This document shows positions 10,300 through 18,889 of a DNA stretch of 64,000 nt, in pieces. Each line of letters begins with the position of its first letter. The first letter of the stretch is position 1. The notes beneath the pieces are model-generated. The model had not been told where the DNA came from, ran no database searches, and saw only the letters and a program-made list of their open reading frames with translations. The position numbers and the translations under genes are program-made. The stretch comes from Promethearchaeota archaeon (GTDB taxonomy: Archaea > Asgardarchaeota > Lokiarchaeia > Sigyniarchaeales > SOKP01): the NCBI GenBank assembly GCA_016840085.1, contig JAEOTA010000018.1:1-64000 (forward strand), written 5' to 3'.

Positions 10300-10833
10300 G
10301 TGAATAATGAAAAATTTGTTGAAACAAATAGGAAGAAAATTAGTTTAGGAGATATTATCTTTACTACAATATTTACAGTGTCTTTTATAATTCAAATAAT
10401 CTTAATGTTCTTATTCTTTAATGAACTGGGTATTATCATTTTAGTATACATAGGTTATATAATTTGGGGATTTAGTCTCTATTTTGGCCTAATTTCTTTT
10501 TGGATTTTTAAGAGACACGGGGGTGTAGAAAAAGGAAAAAGCTATGTATATACTACAAAGTTGGTTAATAAAGGTCCATATGCTATAATTCGTCATCCTC
10601 AATATTTAGGGGGAATGTTATTCTCTATAAGTATTACGTTTTGGACTCAATTGTGGTTAAGTATAATTCTTAGCATCATTATTATAATTTTAACATATCA
10701 ATGGACATATGCAGAGGATAAAAATCTTATTGAGAAATTTGGTGAAGATTATAAAAATTATAAAGCAAAAGTGCCTCGTCTTAATCCTATACTAGGAATC
10801 ATTAAATATTTCATTCGAAGAAAAGAGGGTTGA
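10300..10833 (+). CDS. ICMT/PEMT family membrane protein (tandem paralog)
   Basis: TTKLVNKGPYAIIRHPQY, ED..L..KFGEDY..Y..KVPR; clearly paralogous to the previous gene. Confidence 0.85.
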   Translation: MNNEKFVETNRKKISLGDIIFTTIFTVSFIIQIILMFLFFNELGIIILVYIGYIIWGFSLYFGLISFWIFKRHGGVEKGKSYVYTTKLVNKGPYAIIRHPQYLGGMLFSISITFWTQLWLSIILSIIIIILTYQWTYAEDKNLIEKFGEDYKNYKAKVPRLNPILGIIKYFIRRKEG

Positions 10834-10837
10834 TAAC

Positions 10838-11485
10838 TTAACTCTTTATTTTGTTTAAGAATTGTTGAATTGTTTTTTTTAATTTTTCTAGATTTGTTTT
10901 TTTTAAAGCTGAAAATTCTAAATAGGGGATTTCTTCTTTGTTATTGAGTATATGTTTGTCTAAATGAACAATATTTAATCCATATTCTTTTGCCGATTCA
11001 ATAAATAAACTTATATTTTTGATTCTATCCACATTAGATAGTTTATCAATTTTATTTATAATTATTATTATTGGAATATAGTTCTCCCGTAAAAAATCAA
11101 TTAACTCAAAACTTAAAGGAATTGTTTTTTTATTTTTAATAAAATATTTATCAATCTCATCATCAATTCTTAAAATATTAATAACAACTAGCCCAAAGAA
11201 ATAATCTTGATGATGGTTTTCTATATGAATCACAATTTGCTTTTTAATATGCTCCTCTCTACGATGACTTGCGGTTTTCATAAACCCAAACCCAGGTAAA
11301 TCCACGATTTGATATGGTAAATTTGGTTGTGACACAGATTTTATTAATAAAGAGCTACCGGGCTTTTTCCCTGATTTTCCTTTAAATTTTCTAGGATTAG
11401 GCATTAATAATCTTGTTATTGCACTTTTCCCAACATTTGAATTACCTATAATTAATAATGAGGGTTTTTCCTTCATTTTAAACAA
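10838..11485 (-). CDS. engB: EngB/YihA family GTP-binding protein
   Basis: GNSNVGKS, GKKPGSS, DLPGFGFM, NKIDK, SALK. Confidence 0.85.
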   Translation of the reverse strand: MFKMKEKPSLLIIGNSNVGKSAITRLLMPNPRKFKGKSGKKPGSSLLIKSVSQPNLPYQIVDLPGFGFMKTASHRREEHIKKQIVIHIENHHQDYFFGLVVINILRIDDEIDKYFIKNKKTIPLSFELIDFLRENYIPIIIIINKIDKLSNVDRIKNISLFIESAKEYGLNIVHLDKHILNNKEEIPYLEFSALKKTNLEKLKKTIQQFLNKIKS

Positions 11486-11525
11486 TTTTTAATAAGTAGA
11501 AACCTGGATATTTAAATAACTACCT

Positions 11526-12443
11526 CTATAATATATCACTAAAGTCCTCTTTAAGAAAATCTTTAAACATTTGTTTTTTTTCTTCTTCTTTAATCACTGG
11601 TCTAGTGCTTATAGGCTCACCCGCATCTTGCAGCATTTCTTTTAAATTATCGACATTAATGCTGATTTTGAACTTTCCATTTCTTAAAAACCGTACAATC
11701 TGTTTATTGTTTAATGTCAATCTTAAAATATATCCTAATCCAAAATAGAACTGGTGTTCTAGAATTGGATCAATAGGAGATTTGCTAGTAACTTCTTTTA
11801 AAACATCATATAATAAAACTTTTGAAGCTGTATGGTCTTCAACATTAAAAGCTAAGTAATAGAGAGCATGATACCAAATTTTATCACGTCTACTTTTAAC
11901 ATAATCTAGAAATTTCTCGGGTGTTATAACTTCCTTTTCTTCAATTTCTTTTCTTTTAAGAAGTTCTTGCTTAATTCGTTCTTCTAATTCTTTTGAAACT
12001 TCGCCAGTTGGTTGAATTTCTCTATCTTCTTCAGGTAATACTGCCAATTCTTCTTGTTTTACTGTATCAATTGCGTCTTGCATTTCTTTTAATTCATCAA
12101 AGTCAATTTCATCAATATCTGAAAAGTCTGAAATCATTGTTTCTTTAAAGTCTTGCTCTTCTTTAAGCTCTTCCTCAATTTCATAATAATCTGCTAATTC
12201 AGATTTGGTTTCATTAGACATTTCTTCAATAATTAATTGATCTCCTGATAATTCTTCACTTTCCTTAACTTTAGCGATAGCATCTTGTATTTCTTGAAGT
12301 TCTTCCATATCTAAATCTTCTAAATCTGAGAAATCTGTCTCTAACATTTCCATCTCTTTCATATATTCTTGTAAATCATCCTTTTCTGATTTTTCTTGCT
12401 TTTTTTCTTGATCTTCAGCTTCTTCCTCTTGATTTTCGGTCAT
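11526..12443 (-). CDS. Hypothetical protein with acidic repeat N-terminus and globular C-terminal domain
   Basis: 305-aa ORF, Glu/Asp-rich, with two DFSD..ELxExQDAI repeats. Confidence 0.75.
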   Translation of the reverse strand: MTENQEEEAEDQEKKQEKSEKDDLQEYMKEMEMLETDFSDLEDLDMEELQEIQDAIAKVKESEELSGDQLIIEEMSNETKSELADYYEIEEELKEEQDFKETMISDFSDIDEIDFDELKEMQDAIDTVKQEELAVLPEEDREIQPTGEVSKELEERIKQELLKRKEIEEKEVITPEKFLDYVKSRRDKIWYHALYYLAFNVEDHTASKVLLYDVLKEVTSKSPIDPILEHQFYFGLGYILRLTLNNKQIVRFLRNGKFKISINVDNLKEMLQDAGEPISTRPVIKEEEKKQMFKDFLKEDFSDIL

Positions 12444-12568
12444 TTTTTATTCAATTTGTATAAATTAAACTTAAACTTCATTCTATTAATATTAATAATA
12501 ACGCTCTAATTCTATAAATGTTAAGATTCGTATAATTAAAATTAAGCTAAATATTAATAGACTTTAGT

Positions 12569-13279
12569 ATGGAAAAAATTAACCTAGATAATTATAAAGG
12601 AATTATCTTCGATATGGATGGTGTAATTTTTAATATCTCTGATGCAATAAAGAAAGCTGTTGATGATTCAGTAGATAAATATCAAATGAATGTTAATCAA
12701 GATGAAGTAATGGAAGAGATCGCCCGTCTAATTGAAGAAATTCAAAATTATCCCGTGCCAAAAATACTTTTAAATTCGTATGAGTTATTAAAGGTAAAAT
12801 TCCTAGAAGGGATAAGCTTTTTCAAGAAATTGCGAATCGCTATTTTTATGTTTAACCAATTTAATAAGTATAAAGATGCTGAATCCTCAATTTATGAAGG
12901 GATAGATAAATTAATTTCAAAACTTGCAAAACATAAGAAATTAGCTATATTAACAAATAATAAAAGTCAGTACGCTGAAGAAGTTTTAGAAAAATTCAAT
13001 TTATCAAGTTATTTTAATACAATAATTGGCTTCAACGATGTTTCGGAAGTTAAACCTAACCCTGAAGGAATTCTAAAAATTCTTAATAAATGGAATCTTA
13101 AACCTACAGAAGCAATCTTCATTGGAGATATGACAACTGATATCGAAGCGGGAAAAGCTGCAAATGTTAAAATGATATGTGTAGCAAGTGGACTTGCCCA
13201 AAAGGAAACATTGCTTAAACATCAACCTGATATCTTAGTAGATTCTACCGAACAATTAATTAAATTATTTAATTTATAA
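12569..13279 (+). CDS. HAD-superfamily hydrolase (phosphoglycolate phosphatase-like)
   Basis: FDMDGV, LTNN, KPNPEG, IGDMTTDIEAG. Confidence 0.9.
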   Translation: MEKINLDNYKGIIFDMDGVIFNISDAIKKAVDDSVDKYQMNVNQDEVMEEIARLIEEIQNYPVPKILLNSYELLKVKFLEGISFFKKLRIAIFMFNQFNKYKDAESSIYEGIDKLISKLAKHKKLAILTNNKSQYAEEVLEKFNLSSYFNTIIGFNDVSEVKPNPEGILKILNKWNLKPTEAIFIGDMTTDIEAGKAANVKMICVASGLAQKETLLKHQPDILVDSTEQLIKLFNL

Positions 13280-13452
13280 ATTTTAATCAATTTTAATTTT
13301 TATTTGTCCTATCATCCATTTTATAATAACAACTATTCTCAAATAGAACAGTGAGATTATGTGATATTAACATATTGTAAAAATTTATAATATCAAACTA
13401 TTACTATTTAAGAAAGTATTATTAAACTAAATTATACACAAATGAATCTATT

Positions 13453-14025
13453 ATGAGTGCTGATGATAAAGGATTTGGGTTTAAAATAACAGTAATTGGT
13501 GATGCTGCCGTAGGGAAAACTTCCTTAATTAAAAAATATACTCAAGGCTCATTTCAAAAGGATTATATCTCTACTTTGGGTACTCAATTTTCTAAATATG
13601 AAGAAGTTATTGATGGGGAAAAAGTAGAATTATTCTTATGGGATATTGCCGGTCAGGATTCATTTGAAGCATTACGCCAAAGATTTTATACAGGAAGTAG
13701 TGGAGCAATAATTGTTTTTTCTCACGCTCTAGAACAAACTAAAAGTTATGAGCATGTGAATAAATGGCTTTCTGATCTAAAAAACCATTGTGGAAATATA
13801 CCAATTGTTCTATTTGGTAATAAAATTGATTTAATTGATGATGGAGAGTTAGAGTCAAATCCAAATTTACCTACTGCGAATGCAACGGTAGAACAGTTTA
13901 CCAAGGAGAATAGATTCATAGCATATTATAAAACGAGTGCTTTAACTGGACAAGGAGTAACTGACGCATTTAAAGCATTAGTTAGAAAATTATATGAAAT
14001 TGCTAAAATTTCAAATTTTAGTTAA
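13453..14025 (+). CDS. Rab/Ras-like small GTPase (eukaryotic signature protein)
   Basis: FKITVIGDAAVGKTS, YISTLG, LWDIAGQ, GNKID, KTSALTG; no C-terminal CAAX. Confidence 0.92.
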   Translation: MSADDKGFGFKITVIGDAAVGKTSLIKKYTQGSFQKDYISTLGTQFSKYEEVIDGEKVELFLWDIAGQDSFEALRQRFYTGSSGAIIVFSHALEQTKSYEHVNKWLSDLKNHCGNIPIVLFGNKIDLIDDGELESNPNLPTANATVEQFTKENRFIAYYKTSALTGQGVTDAFKALVRKLYEIAKISNFS

Positions 14026-14079
14026 ATATAATAAATTTTAAAAAAGATTTTGATTATTCTAAGAAAAAACTGTTGTATT

Positions 14080-16392
14080 TTAGGTACGTTTATAAATAAA
14101 TCGTTCCCAACTTTTTCTGCTTGGCATTTCTAGAGGCATACCCTTCCTTTTGCGTATTTCCATGATTATTTCTTCTTCAAATGAAGCAGGGACACGAGAA
14201 AAACCTTCGAATTCATATCCGAAAAACGCTCTGCCTTGGGTTGATCCTCTAATGTCATCGGCGATCCCGATTGTTTCAGCAGCAGGAATCTGGCCTTGTA
14301 TTCGTACATATTCACCTTCAGGAATGACATTAGTAATTCTACCTCTTCGCTTGGTTATGATTGCAGTGACGCTTCCTTCAGTTCCTTGCGGTGTTTTTAT
14401 ATCTATTCTTTGGATTGGTTCATAAAGATGAGGATCTGCTTCCAGCATTGCTAGGGACATAGCTGAAAAAGCCATTCCTGCAATTTGCCCATATTGAGTA
14501 TGTCTTGGGTCTTCGTGCACTACTAAATCTGTGAAAACGATTTTGAATCCTGTTGCTGGTTCTTTTGCTATAATACAATCACCGAGCCAATCTCTAAAGG
14601 CAGCTGATAAATAAGACTTAACTCTATCAAATCGTTGTAACCCCGCAGCACCATTTACAAGTACGCTTCCATGGTATACATCCACTACACGTCTAGCTTC
14701 TTTTGCATCCCACCCAGCTTCTTCTCTTAGAATCATAGCTCTCTCCTTTTCATTTTGCAAATCATTAACTTTTCCAGTGTCTATTAAGTGTTCAGTAACT
14801 TCATCTAAGGGTTCGACATACAATAAAATTCGATTGTGAGTATTAGCTGATTTGGTATAAAATTCTCGACTCTTTTCTGTAATTTTTTCTCTATATATAA
14901 TAATTGGTTCTCCAATGTCGATTTGAACTTGTTTATTAATCCTTTTAGTCAAGATTTCTATTTGTAACGGATCAATTCCAGAAAGTATAAATTCTCCTGA
15001 CTCATCATCCCTCCTATATTCTGCTTCTGGGTTCGCTTTAAGCCATTTGCCTACTACATCATCTAATTTATCAATTTCATGTGGATCTTTTGGTTTGATA
15101 CTTCTTGACACGACAGCTTCACACGCATATTGAATTTTTTCGAAGGGGTGTAACAATGTCCTTTCTTCTCTATTCTTAGGAACTTTGTTTGTCAGCATAA
15201 ATGTTTCACCAGCGGGGCATACAAATCCAAATAATGCAAATAAGTTCCCTGCAGGTATCTTGGGGATATCTAAAATATCAGTTATTTCCATAACACCGAG
15301 CCTTTTCACTCGATTGCTTGAATCACTATTAATTAAATAAATAGAATCTGTTTGATCAAATGTACCAGAAAAAACACGACCTATAAGGGTGGCTTGAAAA
15401 TTTCTTTTAGGGTCTAAAAAGATCTTAGTAATCATCCCAAAAAGTGGCCCATTTGGGTCACTTCTCTGCAAAGATTGACCTAATTCTGAGTTCAAATCAC
15501 CGCCCCAGATATGTGGGATTCGATATTTAGACGCACTAACGGGATCTGGAAGATGGTCAACAATCATTCTTAACATAGGTTCATCTAAGGGTAAATTATC
15601 CCTTAGCCATTGAATATCTCCTTCATTATATTTCGCAAAGACATCTTGAGGTTTAAGATTTTTCTCAAGTAAAATCTCATAAGTAAACCCCCATCCATGT
15701 TTAGCTGAACCTACAGCTACAGAATTCTTTACAAAATCAATTCCCCAATCCGATCCTTCTGGTCTAACCTTTTTAATTAATTCATTTACTTCTCTTGTAA
15801 TTTTATCTATTTTAGCAAAGGTTTCTTGAGGGCTAAGTTTTAATTCACTTATTAGTCTATCAACCTTATTGATAAAAAGAACTGGTTTGCAGTATTCTTC
15901 ACCAACGGACAATCTAATATTTGTCTCAGTTTGAGTCATAACTCCTTCAAGAGCGTCTACTAAAATTATAGCACCATCACTGCCCCTAAGTGCTCTTGAT
16001 ACTTCTCCTGTAAAACTTATATGACCGGGAGTGTCGTTAAGTTGAATAATATAGGGTTCCTCATCTTTTGGTTTTCTAGAATCTTGAAACGCCAGGAGTA
16101 CTACAGTTGTAAATATCGTGATGCCGCGTTCTTGCTCCTCATCTTTCAGTATATTAAGTATGCCTTAATCTAAATCTGAATCGGTCATTTGGAGCTGCCC
16201 AGCATCTTCTGGTCGCATTAATCCCGCTCTACGGAGCAAATAATCAGTAGCAGTAGTTTTTCCATGGTCAATTTACGCTATAATAAGGAAAACTCAATAT
16301 AGATGCGCAGTTATGGAAAAAATTCGCTTCTTTTCATATGATCCAGAGGTCACGAGTTTGGCGATTTCATCTGGGTTCTTTACTTTAACCAC
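14080..16392 (-). CDS. fusA: Translation elongation factor 2 family GTPase (probably the divergent Asgard EF-2 paralog); spliced CDS join(16303..16392,16174..16272,14080..16143), ~750 aa
   Basis: GTG start at 16392 after AAGTGA. After removing two 30-nt inserts it reads MVKVKNPDEIAKLV...SITAH/IDHGKTT...MTDSD/DEEQERGITIF...NDTPGHISF...NKVDR...GSA...HEDPRH...RGSTQGRA. The ORF track only captured 14080-15939. Confidence 0.93.
16144..16173 (-). other. 30-nt BHB-type intron 2 in EF-2 mRNA (switch I, upstream of RGITI)
   Basis: Sense strand: TCAG AT^T TAGATTAAG GCATA CTTAATATA CTGA AA^G. Perfect 4-bp helix UCAG/CUGA, two 3-nt bulges, in-frame TAA. Removal gives TCA GAT GAT GAG (SDDE). Confidence 0.88.
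16273..16302 (-). other. 30-nt BHB-type intron 1 in EF-2 mRNA (inside the G1/P-loop)
   Basis: Sense strand: GCGC AT^C TATATTGAG TTTTC CTTATTATA GCGT AA^A. 4-bp helix GCGC/GCGU, two 3-nt bulges, in-frame TGA and TAA. Removal gives GCG CAT ATT GAC (AHID). Confidence 0.88.
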
Positions 16393-16603
16393 TGTAAATT
16401 CACTTTAATCTACTTTAATTTAATTTTAATTTTCATGTTATAATTGAAGAAAAGAATACAAGAAATCATAAAAATTTTATGAATTTAAGCTAAAAATCGC
16501 CAAATTTATAAAGGTTTTTCAAGAATAATAGACTAGAAAAACGATATAAACATTATTACTTTTCAAGATTTCGATTAAAACGTATTTTATAAACCTCTAA
16601 CAT

Positions 16604-17272
16604 ATGATTAATCCATTTAATTTAGCTAAAGCTATTGAAAAAGAAGTCTGTAGAAACGGTTCTAAAAAGTTTTATAGGTTCCGTAAAACTCGTTTCTATG
16701 GAGGATGTGCCACTGCTGATTGTTTAGGGTGTAACTTAAGATGTGCTTATTGTTGGGCGCAGAAGAAGGTTTGGAATCCAGCAAGATATGGCGAATTTTA
16801 CACACCAGATGCAGTTAGTGAAAAATTAGATAGGATGAATTTCTCATTGGTTAGAATTAGTGGGGGTGAACCAACACTCTGTAAGAAATACTTGCGTGAG
16901 TTGGTAAGTTTAATCCCAGAAGACAAATTATTCATTCTTGAAACTAATGGAATTCTTTTAGATGAAAATTTTGTTAGGGAGTTAAGCAAGTTTAAAAATC
17001 TGTATGTGAGGGTTTCTTTAAAAGGTGTTGATGAGAGAACTTTCGAAAAAATTACGGGAGCAGAAGGTAAGTTTTTTTATAATCAAATAAATACTCTAGA
17101 TTTACTGAAAAAATATGACATTAAACATAGAGCGGCAATCTTAATTAATTTATTTACTGAATCTCAAATTAATAATTTAGGGATTCCTAACTTAGAATAT
17201 GAAACTTTAATAGATTATCCTTTTGTGCAGAAAAATCTCAAGAAACGAGGAATTGAGGTAATGAGAGTATAA
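16604..17272 (+). CDS. Radical SAM protein (archaeal, PflA/MoaA-like family)
   Basis: FYRFR..RFYGG.ATAD..GCNLRCAYCW, RISGGEP, LETNG. Confidence 0.88.
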   Translation: MINPFNLAKAIEKEVCRNGSKKFYRFRKTRFYGGCATADCLGCNLRCAYCWAQKKVWNPARYGEFYTPDAVSEKLDRMNFSLVRISGGEPTLCKKYLRELVSLIPEDKLFILETNGILLDENFVRELSKFKNLYVRVSLKGVDERTFEKITGAEGKFFYNQINTLDLLKKYDIKHRAAILINLFTESQINNLGIPNLEYETLIDYPFVQKNLKKRGIEVMRV

Positions 17273-17340
17273 TATTACTCTAAATAATAGTGTAAAATCC
17301 TTATAAGATGATTTAAATAATCCCCGAAGCTTCTTGAAAT

Positions 17341-18798
17341 TTAAAGATAAAAAGGTAATACCATATTTATAAGGATATATAAGGTTTTTCTTCCTGATGC
17401 ATTTTGGCTATTAAATGAGTTTGCAATGTTTAATACCTTAAAATTCTCAGGAATTTTACTTTTAATAAAAGATCTTAAAAAAGTTAAGAAATGAGTATAT
17501 TCTCGTTTAGTTTCTACCCATAAATACTCCTTTTTTTCAAAATATTCTGGATTCTTTTTTCTAAATTTGGAAGCATGAGATTCCTCTTTTACTGGAGGTC
17601 CTCTTCGAATATAAGTTTGTGAAATTGTTGGTTTTTCACAATAGAGCGCGAGATTATATTCATTTATTTCATCCTCAAAATAAACTTCAAAAATTACTTT
17701 TCCAAATCTTTCTGCATGTGAAAATTCCTTTTCTGTATTAGCTTTTATTCTTTCTCCAAGCGAATATAATTTATCTCTATTTATTGTATAATGGATTTCT
17801 TGATTTTCGTTTATCAATTCTAATATAAATATTTTTGGAAGTAATGGATCATTTAAATTAGATAAATCTACTTCTGGAATAGGATTTGTTTCGAAAAATT
17901 TTATATTAGGATCTTTTAAAAACTCACTAATTTTGTAATTACAAAATTTATACGCTCGTTCTGATATCGCAGATGCTACATTTCTGTTTTTATCAATAGG
18001 ATCCACTAAAATAAGATAATCATTCTGAAAATGGGTAATACAGTTTAATTCATCTAAGTTCCTGTTATAGTAATCAAGTGGATTATCATTCAAATCTTTA
18101 AAATTCTTAAAAAGATTTATGATATCATTAAAATAGTAAATTAAAAGTTCAGCGCTATATCCAATAAATCCTACTTTTCCTACTGCACTTTTATCGCCAT
18201 AACAATGATTTGCTTTGAAGAATTGTTTTAAAATTCTTACATCATTTTTTTGCTTTTCTGTTAAATTTTTTCTTACAAAATGTCCATGCCAAGGTGATCT
18301 ATCAACAGCAGTTATTGGCCCGTGTTCTTTTATTCTTTCTAAACTTAAAGAAAAGTAAAGAACAATATCAATTTTTATTTGAATATCATCTACCAAATAG
18401 TCTACTGTAACATATGGATGTTCAGCATATAAGAGTCTGGGATTATGAAATTTATCTGATGTTAAACTTTGAATAATCCAATTATTACAGAGTTTTAAAA
18501 AATCTTTTTTAGACTCTTTTTTTAATTTATTCTTGCTTAAATCCTTATATTTAACTTCATATTCCTTATAATCCAATCCAATAAAAAGATCAATGTCAAA
18601 ATCATCTTTTAATTGTGTCTGTTTAATGCCAGTTGAACCTTGAGGTTCGATATGGAAATTTTTAATACTTAGTTCTTTAGCTTTTGAAACTAATAATTTT
18701 TTTAGTTTTTCAGTAATAGTTTCAATTAAAGTTATTTCTTGAGACGTTGGAATAATTCTTTGTAAAACTTCAGTTAATATATCTTTAATAGACGGCAT
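17341..18798 (-). CDS. cca: CCA-adding enzyme (class I tRNA nucleotidyltransferase)
   Basis: GSTG..T.L..DFDIDLF, YAEHPYV, TAVDRSPWH, GFIGYSAELLI, DPID..RNVA.A. Confidence 0.93.
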   Translation of the reverse strand: MPSIKDILTEVLQRIIPTSQEITLIETITEKLKKLLVSKAKELSIKNFHIEPQGSTGIKQTQLKDDFDIDLFIGLDYKEYEVKYKDLSKNKLKKESKKDFLKLCNNWIIQSLTSDKFHNPRLLYAEHPYVTVDYLVDDIQIKIDIVLYFSLSLERIKEHGPITAVDRSPWHGHFVRKNLTEKQKNDVRILKQFFKANHCYGDKSAVGKVGFIGYSAELLIYYFNDIINLFKNFKDLNDNPLDYYNRNLDELNCITHFQNDYLILVDPIDKNRNVASAISERAYKFCNYKISEFLKDPNIKFFETNPIPEVDLSNLNDPLLPKIFILELINENQEIHYTINRDKLYSLGERIKANTEKEFSHAERFGKVIFEVYFEDEINEYNLALYCEKPTISQTYIRRGPPVKEESHASKFRKKNPEYFEKKEYLWVETKREYTHFLTFLRSFIKSKIPENFKVLNIANSFNSQNASGRKTLYILINMVLPFYL

Positions 18799-18889
18799 AG
18801 AATTGAAATATAATCTAGTAAAAAATTAAGTATTCTATGTTATAAAATTACTTCATAATTTTAAAAATCGATAGAAAATTATGATTTCT

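Noticed and set aside
15140-15200. Possible third, stop-free intron in EF-2 (TNKVPKNREERTLLH region)
   Set aside because: Only a weak hairpin; the best BHB-like register would remove 38 nt and break the frame.
16144-16302. EF-2 5' region as a pseudogene, or as selenocysteine/stop readthrough
   Set aside because: The stops lie only inside two precise 30-nt inserts, and two of the three are TAA. Readthrough would leave 10 extra residues inside the P-loop. BHB geometry predicts the exact restoring junctions.
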